Shown: positions 27,409-39,314 of the stretch, piece by piece | Layout: the number at the start of each line of letters is the position of its first letter | How positions within the stretch are numbered: the stretch's first letter is position 1 | Source: Anaeramoeba ignava BMAN | Lineage: Eukaryota; Protista; Anaeramoebae | NCBI GenBank assembly: GCA_028826165.1 | Contig: JAPDFW010000059.1 | Location: 1,116,001 to 1,180,000, forward strand | Length of the DNA: 64,000 nt | Direction of reading: 5' to 3' | Translations under genes and position numbers: made by a program | The notes under the pieces: model-generated | What the model saw: only the letters and a program-made list of their open reading frames with translations | Told to the model about the DNA's origin: nothing | The model's database searches: none

Positions 27409-30400
27409 TCAAATTAAGTTCATCATTTCATTAAATTCAATACTTGAATTATCTTGAGAAGATTCTTGAGTTTGTTCTGAATAAATGTTTTCATTTTGAT
27501 TTTCATTTTGATTTTCATTTTGATTTTCTTTTTCATTTTTCTTTTTGATTTTGATTTTCTTCTTTTTTCTTTTTTGATTTTTTCTTTTTTGATTTTTTTG
27601 GAAGCTTTTCTAATAATTCAAATTTTTCATATCTTTTTCCTTTTTGATAAATTTTATATTTTGATTTTTTGTTTTTAATTTTTTTCCAAATCAAAATAAT
27701 AGCAACTAATAGCAAAACAACACCAAGAATTATTGCTGCGATAATTATTCCTGAAATATTAACTTTTGAAAAAAGCAAGTCTGTTGATATTTTTCGTGAA
27801 GAAGATGGTCCTGAATATGATGAATAACTACAATTAACTCCTGCTGATTCAAATATTGTTATTGTATATGATTGTGATATCGAAATTGTATCTTGATAAC
27901 TTCTTTCATTTGATGATAAACATATTTCTTGTGAATCATAACTTAGTGAGAAGTTTTTTAATCCTGATGTTAAATTATCTGTTTCCCAATTGCATTTAAA
28001 TCCATTTTTGATTTTATTGCATTCAAATGTTTTCAAATATCCTAATTTTGCTGTAACATTTTCACATTCACTTGTTATTCCTGAAACTATTTCATTACAT
28101 GTATTTTCAGAACATGCTCGAATACATACACTTTGTTCTTCATTTCCTTCTATGTTTGTTTGTCTTCCTTCACATGAATTTTCATTTATAATTAATTCAC
28201 TTAAATTATTCCAATTTATTCCATTATCAATCGAAATTATATATCCTTCTGAATATTCAACTTTACTAAATATAATACTAATTTCTTCAATTCCTCCATT
28301 AATACTTTGGATGTTTGGTGCTTTTAATGGATTTGTGGATATATATTCTGTGTTTTCTAATCCACAATTTGAATATTCATCACATGCTGATACTGAAATT
28401 GAATAATTCATATTTGAATATTTAGCGATAAAACTAATTGAAATATCTATTACTGTAAAATTTCCAAAATCATCTAATAATTTTGATTGATAAATTACCA
28501 AATAGTTTGTAGTTTGATGATATTCTGATTTAGACCATGTACAATCAATATTACTGATATTAAAAACATAACATTCTAAATTATCAATAGGTCCTGGTGA
28601 TGTAGTAACTGTGTTTGTGATATTTTCTCCTTGATCTTTCCCTTCACATTCTAAACTTATACATCCATATATTGTAATTGAATAATTTGAAACAGGTTTT
28701 AATCCATTTAATATGTATGAATTACTTGAATTTGAAATACTTATCTTAATAATATTTGATGGATCATTTTCTAAATAATAAAGTATCATATAATGATCAA
28801 GTTTTGGTGTTGAATTAATAATTGGAACATCAGGATGTGTCCATGATATATTAATATAATAAGTTGATGAAATGAAATTTAAATCTTGAACTTTATCAAT
28901 TCGTGTTGTTAAATTCCATTTATCTGATGGTTCTCCACATGATTGATATATTATATTGCATGCTCTTATTTGAATTGAATAAAATTCGTTTCCTGTAATA
29001 TTTGGATAGAGACTTGAATTAAAAACTCTGCATAAAACAGTTGAATTGTCAGATTCAAATGGCACATCAATCCATTCTTGATCATATTTAATTTTGTATT
29101 CTATAAAATACAAATCAGGCTGTTCCCAACAACATTCAAATTCTGAAAATAATGGAGTACAATTAACAATAATTACTTTATCAGGTGTACTAAAGTTTTT
29201 AAAAATATAAGCTTTTCCAGCAAATGTTAAATTATCAAAATTTGTTTTTGGAGCACCAATTACTGCAAAATCATTTGATATTGAAACTGAAGTTCCAAAT
29301 ACAGCACCACTTTCTCCATCTGATGCAAATAGAATTCCTGTTTCTATCCATTCACTTCCATTTCTTGTGTAAGTATATGCTTTGCCTTGTTGACTGTTAT
29401 CATTAACACTTGCAAAATATGCACCAACAATAATATTATCTTGATCAATATCAACTGAATTTCCAAAATCTTCATATTCATTTCCATCGCTTGCAATAAG
29501 TGTACAATTTTGATTCCAACTTGTTCCATTGTTATAAAATATATATGCTTTTCCTTTTGGATAAATTTCAGAAACTTTTCCGTAAATTGAACTTGAAACA
29601 ATATAATCACCATATATTGAAACAGAAAATCCAAATTCTTCATCAGAATTTCCATCATCTGCAATTAAAACTTGATAATGATTCCAATTAGTTCCATTAA
29701 ATTTGAAAACATAACATTTTCCTTGATAAATATTAGATCCAACAGTTGCACCATATTCGCCAACAACAGAATAATTTTCATAAATATCAACACTATATCC
29801 AAATAAAGATCCTTGAGGATCTTTTGAAGTTAGTATTGCTTCTTGATTCCATTGAGTTCCATTATTTCTGAAAATATATGCTTTTTCTTTTGGATTTGAA
29901 TTTGGATTCTGATTTTTTTTTTGGATTTGCATATAAAATGAGCCAATAATAACAGAATTATTATAAATACCAACACTAAATCCAAATCTACCATAAGCTT
30001 CTCCATCACTTGCAATTAAAATTGCTTCTTGATTCCATTGAGTTCCATTATTTCTGAAAATATATGCTTTTCCTTGATTAGTATTATTACCAACATCTGC
30101 TTCATAAGCACCAATAACTAAACAATTATTATATAAATCAACACTAAATCCAAATAAATCATTTGTTTTACCATCACTTGCAATAATTGTTTCCTCTGTA
30201 AACCAAAAATAATCTATTAAACGATAGATATTTACTTCTCCTTGTGAAGTTGAATTTCCTATATTTTTATAAGGTGAACCAACTGCAATAAAATCACCTG
30301 AAATTGAAACGGATTCACCAAAATTGCTTTTATTTGAAGGATTAGGTGATGTCACATATGAATTTTCAAACCAAATACTTTGATTTTTAATTTGATTTTG

Positions 30401-30508
30401 ATTTTGTAAAGAAGAGTTTTTTTGATTTTGATTTTTAAAAGAATGAATAAAGTAAACGTTATCAATTAAAATTAATAAAAATAAAAGTAAAATTATTATT
30501 ATTTTCAT
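27409..30508 (-). CDS. Type I membrane protein: signal peptide, FG-GAP beta-propeller, FN3 repeats, TM helix (paralog 1)
   Basis: Repeated FG.SV.I...VVGA FG-GAP units, FN3 motifs (ISWTHP, YILNGLKPVSNYSITI) and a TM helix. The supplied ORF stops at 27533, but the paralog-2-like ending QESSQDNSSIEFNEMMNLI* continues in another frame to TGA at 27409, implying a frameshift in a poly-A tract. Confidence 0.85.
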
Positions 30509-30584
30509 TTTTAGTTTTTTTTTGTTTTTGTGTTTTGAGAAAAAAATGAAAGAAAAAAATGAAAAAAAAAATGAAAAAAAAAAG

Positions 30585-33500
30585 TCAAATTAAATCCATC
30601 ATTTCATTAAATTCAATACTTGAATCATCTTGAGAAGATTCTTGAGTTTTTTTTAATTGTTTCTTTTGTTTCTTTTTTTTTTTTTCTGTTTCACTTTCAG
30701 TTTCTTTTTCTTGTATCAATAATCCAAATTTATCATCTTCAATTTCTTTTGGATAAATTGTATGTTTTGGCTTTTTGTTTTTAATTTTTTTCCAAATCAA
30801 AATAATAGCAACTAATAAAAAAACAACTCCAAGAATTATAAATCCAACAACAGCACCTGTACTTAATGATTTAGATGAACTTTGTGAATTCTCTATTGAT
30901 ATTTTTCGTGAAGAAGATGGTCCTGAATATGATGAATAACTACAATTAACTCCTGCTGATTCAAATATTGTTATTGTATATGATTGTGATATCGAAATTG
31001 TATCTTGATAACTTCTTTCATTTGGTGATAAACATATTTCTTGTGAATCATAACTGATATCGAAGTTTTTTAATCCTGATGTTAAATTATCTGTTTCCCA
31101 ATTACATTTAAATCCATTTTTAGTTTTATTGCATTCAAATATTTTTAAATATCCTAATTTTGCTGTAACATTTTCACATTCACTTGTTATTCCTGAAACT
31201 ATTTCATTACATGTATTTTCAGAACATGCTCGAATGCATACACTTTTTTCTTCATTTCCTTCTATATTTGTTTGTCTTCCTTCACATGAATTTTCATTTA
31301 TAATTAATTCACTTAAATTATTCCAATTTATTCCATTATCAATCGAAATTATATATCCTTCTGAATATTCAACTTTACTAAATATAATACTAATTTCTTC
31401 AATTCCTCCATTAATACTTTGGATGTTTGGTGCTTTTAATGGATTTGTGGATATATATTCTGTGTTTTCTAATCCACAATTTGAATATTCATCACATGCT
31501 GATACTGAAATTGAATATTTCATATTTGAATATTTAACAGTAAAATTAATTGAAATATTTATTACTGTAAAATTTCCAAAATCATCTAATAATTTTGATT
31601 GATAAATTACCAAATAGTTTGTAGTTTGATGATATTCTGATTTAGACCATGTACAATTAACATTACTGATATTATAAACATAACATTCTAAATTATCAAT
31701 AGGTCCTGGTGATGTAGTAATTGTGTTTGTGATATTTTCTCCTTGATATTTCCCTTCACATTCTAAACTTATACATCCATATATTGTAATTGAATAATTT
31801 GAAACAGGTTTTAATCCATTTAATATGTATGAATTACTTGAATTTGAAATACTTATCTTAATAATATTTGATGGATCATTTTCTAAATAATAAAGTATCA
31901 TATAATGATCAAGTTTAGGTGTTGAATTAATAATTGGAACATCAGGATGTGTCCATGATATATTAATATAATAAGTTGATGAAATGAAATTTAAATCTTG
32001 AACTTTATCAATTTGTGTTGTTAAATTCCATTTATCTGATGGTTCTCCACATGATTGATACATTATATTGCATGATCTTATTTGAATTGAATAAAATTCA
32101 TTTCCTGTAATATTTGGATAGAGACTTGAATTAAAAACTTTGCATAAAACAGTTGAATTGTCAGATTCAAATGGCACATCAATCCATTCTTGATCATATT
32201 TAATTTGAAATTTTTCGTAAATCAAATTCGTTTTTTCCCAACAACATTCAAATTCTGAAAATAATGGAGTACAATTAACAATAATTACTTTATCAGGTAT
32301 TAAAAGTTTCTCAAAAATATAAGCTTTTCCAGCAAATGTTAAATTATCAAAATTTGTTTTTGGAGCACCAATTACTGCAAAATCATTTGATATTGAAACT
32401 GAAGTTCCAAATGTATCGCCACTTTCTCCATCTGATGCAATTAGAATTCCTGTTTCTATCCATTCACTTCCATTTCTTGTGTAAGTATATGCTTTGCCTT
32501 GTTGACTGTTATCATTAGCATCTGCAAAATATGCACCAACAATAATATTATCTTGATCAATATCAACTGAATTTCCAAAATCTTCATCTTCATCTCCTTC
32601 ACTTGCAATAAGTGTACAATTTTGATTCCAACTTGTTCCATTGTTATAAAATATATATGCTTTTCCTTGTGAATAAATTTCATAAACTTTCGCATAAATT
32701 GCACCTGAAACAATATAATCACCATATATTGAAACAGAAAATCCAAATTCTTCAAAGGCATTCCCATCATCTGCAAATAAAACTTGATAATGATTCCAAT
32801 TAGTTCCATTAAATTTGAAAACATAACATTTTCCTTGATAAATATTAGATCCAACAGTTGCACCATATTCACCAACAACAGAATAATTTTCATAAATATC
32901 AACACTATATCCAAATAAAGATCCTTGAGGATCTTTTGAAGTTAGTATTGCTTCTTGATTCCATTGAGTTCCATTATTTCTGAAAATATATGCTTTTTCT
33001 TTTGGATTTGAATTTGGATTTGGAGCTGGATTTTTAATATGATTTTCATATAGCGTTGGAGGAAATGAACCAATAATAACAGAATTATTATAAATACCAA
33101 CATTAAATCCAAATCTACCATAAGCTTCTCCATCACTTGCAATTAAAATTGCTTCTTGATTCCATTGAGTTCCATTATTTCTGAAAATATATGCTTTTCC
33201 TTGATCAGTATTATTACCAACATCTGCTTCATAAGCACCAATAACTAAATAATTATTATATAAATCAACACTAAATCCAAATAAATCATTTGATTCACCA
33301 TCACTTGCAATAATTGTTTGATAATTATTCCAATTTGTTCCATTAAATTTGAAAATATTTACTTCTCCTTGTAAAGTTGAATTTCCTATAGTTTTATAAG
33401 GTGAACCAACTGCAATAAAATCACCTGAAATTGAAACGGATTCGCCAAAATTGCTTTTATTTGAAGGATTAGGTGATGTCACATATGAATTTTCAAACCA

Positions 33501-33635
33501 AATACTTAGATTTTTAATTTGATTTTGATTTTGTAAAGAAGAGTTTTTTTGATTTTGATTTTTAAAAGAATGAATAAAGTAAACGTTATCAATTAAAATT
33601 AATAAAAATAAAAGTAAAATTATTATTATTTTCAT
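30585..33635 (-). CDS. Type I membrane FG-GAP/FN3 protein (paralog 2)
   Basis: Same architecture as paralog 1. The start is most likely the ATG at 33635 (MKIIIILL, identical to paralog 1), not 33710. Confidence 0.88.
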   Translation of the reverse strand: MKIIIILLLFLLILIDNVYFIHSFKNQNQKNSSLQNQNQIKNLSIWFENSYVTSPNPSNKSNFGESVSISGDFIAVGSPYKTIGNSTLQGEVNIFKFNGTNWNNYQTIIASDGESNDLFGFSVDLYNNYLVIGAYEADVGNNTDQGKAYIFRNNGTQWNQEAILIASDGEAYGRFGFNVGIYNNSVIIGSFPPTLYENHIKNPAPNPNSNPKEKAYIFRNNGTQWNQEAILTSKDPQGSLFGYSVDIYENYSVVGEYGATVGSNIYQGKCYVFKFNGTNWNHYQVLFADDGNAFEEFGFSVSIYGDYIVSGAIYAKVYEIYSQGKAYIFYNNGTSWNQNCTLIASEGDEDEDFGNSVDIDQDNIIVGAYFADANDNSQQGKAYTYTRNGSEWIETGILIASDGESGDTFGTSVSISNDFAVIGAPKTNFDNLTFAGKAYIFEKLLIPDKVIIVNCTPLFSEFECCWEKTNLIYEKFQIKYDQEWIDVPFESDNSTVLCKVFNSSLYPNITGNEFYSIQIRSCNIMYQSCGEPSDKWNLTTQIDKVQDLNFISSTYYINISWTHPDVPIINSTPKLDHYMILYYLENDPSNIIKISISNSSNSYILNGLKPVSNYSITIYGCISLECEGKYQGENITNTITTSPGPIDNLECYVYNISNVNCTWSKSEYHQTTNYLVIYQSKLLDDFGNFTVINISINFTVKYSNMKYSISVSACDEYSNCGLENTEYISTNPLKAPNIQSINGGIEEISIIFSKVEYSEGYIISIDNGINWNNLSELIINENSCEGRQTNIEGNEEKSVCIRACSENTCNEIVSGITSECENVTAKLGYLKIFECNKTKNGFKCNWETDNLTSGLKNFDISYDSQEICLSPNERSYQDTISISQSYTITIFESAGVNCSYSSYSGPSSSRKISIENSQSSSKSLSTGAVVGFIILGVVFLLVAIILIWKKIKNKKPKHTIYPKEIEDDKFGLLIQEKETESETEKKKKKQKKQLKKTQESSQDDSSIEFNEMMDLI

Positions 33636-33746
33636 TTTTAGTTTTTTTTTGTTTTTGTTTTTGAAGAAAAAAATGAAAGAAAAAAATGAAAAAAAAATGA
33701 AGAAAAGCAAAAAAAAAAAACAAAAAGAAAAACCGATTGAGAATTT

Positions 33747-36710
33747 TCAATATAAACCATCTGAATCATCATCAGAAACCTCATTAATTCCTTTCAGACG
33801 AACTTCACGATAACCACGACGTCTTGAGTAATACTTCTTTCGAATAACAATTATAAGAGTAACAATAACTACAATTATAGCAGCAATAACGATTCCAACA
33901 ACAGCACCTGTACTTAATGATTTAGATGAACTTTGTGAATTCTCTGTTGATACTTCTCGTGAAGAAGATGGTCCTGAATATGATGAATAACTACAATTAA
34001 CTCCTGCTGATTCAAATATTGTTATTGTATATTCTTTTCCTGAAAGATTTGTATCTTGATAACTTCTTTCATTTGGTGATAAACATATTTCTTGTGAATC
34101 ATAACTTAGTGAGAAGTTTTTTAATCCTGATGTTAAATTATCTGTTTCCCAATTGCATTTAAATCCATTTTTGATTTTATTGCATTCAAATGTTTTTAAA
34201 TATCCTAATTTTGCTGTAACATTTTCACATTCACTTGTTATTCCTGAAACTATTTCATTACATGTATTTTCAGAACATGCTCGAATACATACACTTTGTT
34301 CTTCATTTCCTTCTATATTTGTTTGTCTTCCTTCACATGAATTTTCATTTATAATTAATTCACTTAAATTATTCCAATTTATTCCATTATCAATCGAAAT
34401 TATATATCCTTCTGAATATTCAACTTTACTAAATATAATACTAATTTCTTCAATTCCTCCAATAGTGCCTCGGATACTTGGTGCTTTTAATGGATTTGTG
34501 GATATATATTCTGTGTTTTCTAATCCACAATTTGAATATTCATCACATGCTGATACTGAAATTGAATAATTCATATTTGAATATTTAACAGTAAAATTAG
34601 TTGAAATATCTATTACTGTAAAATTTCCAAAATCATCTAATAAATTTGATTGATAAATTACCAAATAGTTTGTAGTTTGATTATATTCTGATTTAGTCCA
34701 TGTACAATTAACATTACTGATATTATAAACATAACATTCTAAATTATCAATAAGTCCTGGTGATGTAGTAACTGTGTTTGTGATATTTTCTCCTTGATCT
34801 TTCCCTTCACATTCTAAACTTATACATCCATATATTGTAATTGAATAATTTGAAACAGGTTTTAATCCATTTAATATGTATGAATTACTTGAATTTGAAA
34901 TACTTATGTTACTAATATTTGATGGATCATTTTCTAAATAATAAAGTATCATATAATGATCAAGTTTTGGTATTGAATTAATAATTGGAACATCAGGATG
35001 TGTCCATGATATATTAATATAATAAGTTGATGAAATGAAATTTAAATCTTGAACTGTATCAACTTGTGTTGTTAAATTCAATTTATCTGATGGTTCTCCA
35101 CATATTTCATAAGTTAAATTGCATGATCTTATTTGAATTGAATAAAATTCATTTCCTGTAATATTTGGATAGAAAAATCCATCGAAATTTTCACAAACAG
35201 TGCTTGTATCTTCAATTTGATATCCAACATTAATCCATTCTTGATCATATTTAATTTGAAATTTTTCGTAAATTAAATTCTTTTTTTCCCAACAACATTC
35301 AAATTCTGAAAATAATGGAGTACAATTAACAATAATTACTTTATCAGGTATTAAAAGTTTCTCAAAAATATAAGCTTTTCCAGCAAATGTTAAATTATCA
35401 AAATTTGTTTTTGGAGCACCAATTACTGCAAAATCATTTGATATTGAAACTGAAGTTCCAAATGTATCGCCACTTTCTCCATCTGATGCAATTAGAATTC
35501 CTGTTTCTATCCATTCACTTCCATTTCTTGTGTAAGTATATGCTTTGCCTTGTTGACTGTTATCATTAGCATCTGCAAAATATGCACCAACAATAATATT
35601 ATCTTGATCAATATCAACTGAATTTCCAAAATCTTCATCTTCATCTCCTTCACTCGCAATAAGTGTACAATTTTGATTCCAACTTGTTCCATTGTTATAA
35701 AATATATATGCTTTTCCTTGTGAATAAATTTCATAAACTTTCGCATAAATTGCACCTGAAACAATATAATCACCATATATTGAAACAGAAAATCCAAATT
35801 CTTCATAGGAATTTCCATCATCTGCAAATAAAACTTGATCATAATTCCAATTAGTTCCATTAAATTTGAAAACATAACATTTTCCTTGATACATATTAGA
35901 TCCAACAGTTGCACCATATTCACCAACAACAGAATAATTTTCATAAATATCAACACTATATCCAAATAAAGATCCTTGAGGATCTTTTGAAGTTAGTATT
36001 GCTTCTTGATTCCATTGAGTTCCATTATTTCTGAAAATATATGCTTTTTCTTTTGGATTTGAATTTGGATTTGGAGCTGAATTTTTAATATGATTTTCAT
36101 ATAGCGTTGGAGAAAATGAACCAATAATAACAGAATTATTATAAATACCAACACTAAATCCAAATCTACCATAAGCTTCTCCATCACTTGCAATTAAAAT
36201 TGCTTCTTGATTCCATTGAGTTCCATTATTTCTGAAAATATATGCTTTTCCTTGATCAGTATTATTACCAACATCTGCTTCATAAGCACCAATAACTAAA
36301 TAATTATTATATAAATCAACACTAAATCCAAATAAATCATTTGATTCACCATCACTTGCAATAATTGTTTGATAATTATTCCAATTTGTTCCATTAAATT
36401 TGAAAATATTTACTTCTCCTTGTGAAGTTGAATTTCCTATAGTTTTATAAGGTGAACCAACTGCAATAAAATCATCTGAAATTGAAACGGAATTGCCAAA
36501 ATTGCTTTTATTTGAAGGATTAGATGATTTAAGTAAATATCTTTCAAGCCAATAATCCGAATTTGTAAAAGAATTATTTTTTTGGTTTTTAATTTGATCT
36601 TGATATTGATTTTCATTTTCATTTTCATTTTGATTTTCAAAAGAGTGAATGAAATAAACTTTATCAATTAAAATAAATAAAAACAAAAGTAAAATTATTA
36701 TTTTTTTCAT
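33747..36710 (-). CDS. Type I membrane FG-GAP/FN3 protein (paralog 3)
   Basis: Same architecture, with a distinct cytoplasmic tail RKKYYSRRRGYREVRLKG...DGLY. Confidence 0.88.
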   Translation of the reverse strand: MKKIIILLLFLFILIDKVYFIHSFENQNENENENQYQDQIKNQKNNSFTNSDYWLERYLLKSSNPSNKSNFGNSVSISDDFIAVGSPYKTIGNSTSQGEVNIFKFNGTNWNNYQTIIASDGESNDLFGFSVDLYNNYLVIGAYEADVGNNTDQGKAYIFRNNGTQWNQEAILIASDGEAYGRFGFSVGIYNNSVIIGSFSPTLYENHIKNSAPNPNSNPKEKAYIFRNNGTQWNQEAILTSKDPQGSLFGYSVDIYENYSVVGEYGATVGSNMYQGKCYVFKFNGTNWNYDQVLFADDGNSYEEFGFSVSIYGDYIVSGAIYAKVYEIYSQGKAYIFYNNGTSWNQNCTLIASEGDEDEDFGNSVDIDQDNIIVGAYFADANDNSQQGKAYTYTRNGSEWIETGILIASDGESGDTFGTSVSISNDFAVIGAPKTNFDNLTFAGKAYIFEKLLIPDKVIIVNCTPLFSEFECCWEKKNLIYEKFQIKYDQEWINVGYQIEDTSTVCENFDGFFYPNITGNEFYSIQIRSCNLTYEICGEPSDKLNLTTQVDTVQDLNFISSTYYINISWTHPDVPIINSIPKLDHYMILYYLENDPSNISNISISNSSNSYILNGLKPVSNYSITIYGCISLECEGKDQGENITNTVTTSPGLIDNLECYVYNISNVNCTWTKSEYNQTTNYLVIYQSNLLDDFGNFTVIDISTNFTVKYSNMNYSISVSACDEYSNCGLENTEYISTNPLKAPSIRGTIGGIEEISIIFSKVEYSEGYIISIDNGINWNNLSELIINENSCEGRQTNIEGNEEQSVCIRACSENTCNEIVSGITSECENVTAKLGYLKTFECNKIKNGFKCNWETDNLTSGLKNFSLSYDSQEICLSPNERSYQDTNLSGKEYTITIFESAGVNCSYSSYSGPSSSREVSTENSQSSSKSLSTGAVVGIVIAAIIVVIVTLIIVIRKKYYSRRRGYREVRLKGINEVSDDDSDGLY

Positions 36711-36909
36711 TTTGCTTTGTGTTTTTGTTTTATGTGTTGTTTTGTGTGTTGATTTTTTTTTTTGCTTTTTGAAAAATTAAAAAAGAAAAATTTAATGAAG
36801 AAAAAAAAATGAAAAAAAAATGAAAAAAAAAAACTTTTTTCTTTTAAAAAAAAAAGAAGAAAAATAATTTTCCTCTTTTTCTCTCTTTTTTTATCTTTCT
36901 TTTAATACT

Positions 36910-39100
36910 AAAAATCAAATTAAATCAATTAAATCAAATTAAATCAATCAAATCAATCAAATCAATCAAAATCAATTAAATCAAATTAAATCAAATTAAA
37001 TTAAATAAATAAATTAAATCAATTAAATCAAATTAAATTAAATAAATTAATTAAATAAATTAAAATAAATTAAATCAATCAAATCAATTAAAATAAATTA
37101 AATCAAATTAAATTAAATAAAATCAAATTAAAATTAATTAAATCAATTAAATCAATTAAATCAATTAAATAAATTAAATCAATTAAAATCAATTAAATCA
37201 ATTAAATCAATTTAAATCAATTAAATCAAATTAAATCAAATTAAATAAATTAAATTAAATTAAATCAATTAAAATCAATTAAATTAAAATCAATTAAATC
37301 AAATTAAAATCAATTAAATTAAAATCAATTAAATCAAATTAAATAAATTAAATCAATTAAATCAAATTAAAATCAATTAAATCAATTAAAATCAATTAAA
37401 TCAATTAAAATCAATCAAAATCAATTAAATCAATTAAATCAAATTAAATCAAATTAAATCAATTAAATTAAATTAAAATCAATTAAAATCAATTAAATCA
37501 ATTAAATCAATTAAATCAAATTAAAATCAATTAAATCAATTTAAATCAATTAAAATAAATTAAATCAATTAAATCAAATTAAAATCAATTAAATTAATTA
37601 AATCAATTAAATTAATTAAATCAAATTAAATCAAAATAAATCAATTAAATCAATTAAATCAATTAAATCAATCAAATCAATTAAAATAATCAAATTAATT
37701 AAATCAAATTAAATCAAATTAAAATCAAATTAAATCAAATTAAATCAAATTAAATCAAATTAAATTAATTAAATCAAATTAAATCAATTAAATCAATTAA
37801 ATCAAATAAATTAATTAAATCAATTAAATCAATTAAATCAATTAAATTAATTAAATCAATTAAATCAATTAAATCAAATTAAATCAAATTAAATCAATTA
37901 AATTAAATTAAAATCAATTAAATCAATTAAATCAATTAAATCAATTAAATAAATTAAAACAAAATTAAATCAATTAAACAAAATTAAATCAATTAAATAA
38001 ATTAAAATAAATTAAAATCAATTAAATCAAATTAAATCAATTAAATCAATTAAAATCAATTAAATCAATTAAATCAAATTAAAATCAATTAAATCAATTA
38101 AAATCAATTAAATCAATTAAATCAATTAAATCAATTAAATCAAATTAAATCAAATTAAATCAATTAAATTAAAATCAATTAAATCAAATTAAAATCAATT
38201 AAATTAAAATCAATTAAATCAAATTAAATAAATTAAATCAATTAAATCAAATTAAAATCAATTAAATCAATTAAATCAAATTAAAATCAATTAAATCAAT
38301 TAAATCAATTAAAATCAATCAATTAAATCAATCAAAATCAATTAAATCAATTAAATCAAATTAAAATCAATTAAATCAATTTAAATCAATTAAAATAAAT
38401 TAAATCAATTAAATCAAATTAAAAAATTAAAAATCAATTAAAAATTTAAAATAAAAAAATTAAATCAAAAATAAATCAATTAAATCAATTAACTAAATCA
38501 ATTAAAATAATTTAATCAAAATCAATTAAATCAAATTAAATCAAATTAAATCAAATTAAATCAATTAAATTAAATTAAATTAATTAAATCAATTAAATCA
38601 ATTAAATCAATTAAATCAAATAAATTAATTAAATCAATTAAATCAATTAAATCAATTAAATCAAATTAAATTAATTAAATCAATTAAATCAATTAAATCA
38701 ATTAAATCAAATTAAATTAATCAAAATCAATTAAATCAAATTAAATCAATTTAAATCAAATAAATTAATTAAATTAATTAAACCAATTAAATCAATTAAA
38801 TCAATTAAATAAATTAAATCAAATTAAATCAAATTAAATCAATTTAAATCAAATAAATTAATTAAATTAATTAAACCAATTAAATCAATTAAATCAATTA
38901 AATCAATTAAATCAATTTAAATCAAATTAAATCAATTAAATCAAATAAATTAATTAAATTAATTAAATCAAAATCAAAATCAAAATCAATCAAAATCAAA
39001 ATCAAAATCAAAATCAAAATTAAAATCAAAATCAAAATCAAAATCAAAATCAAAATCTAAATCTAAATCAAAATCAAAATAAAAATCAAAAAAATCCCAA
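36910..39100. repeat. About 2.2-kb degenerate (AAATCAATT/AAATCAAATT)n satellite between divergent genes
   Basis: 9-10-nt units. By eye there is no G on the + strand from about 36860 to 39147. Confidence 0.9.
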
Positions 39101-39314
39101 AAAATAAAAAAAAAAAATTTTTCACATTTAAACTAATTTTTCAATCTGTTAAAAATGTTATTAGAAAACTTCCTTTTAGAGTTAATTTAGAAGAATTAAA
39201 AGAGAAATAAAAAAATTCAAAGGAAAAAAAAAGAAAAAATAATTTTAAGAAAATCAAAAATAAAATTTTTTTTTTCATTTTTTTTTTTTCATTTTTTTTT
39301 GTTATTAAGTCTTT

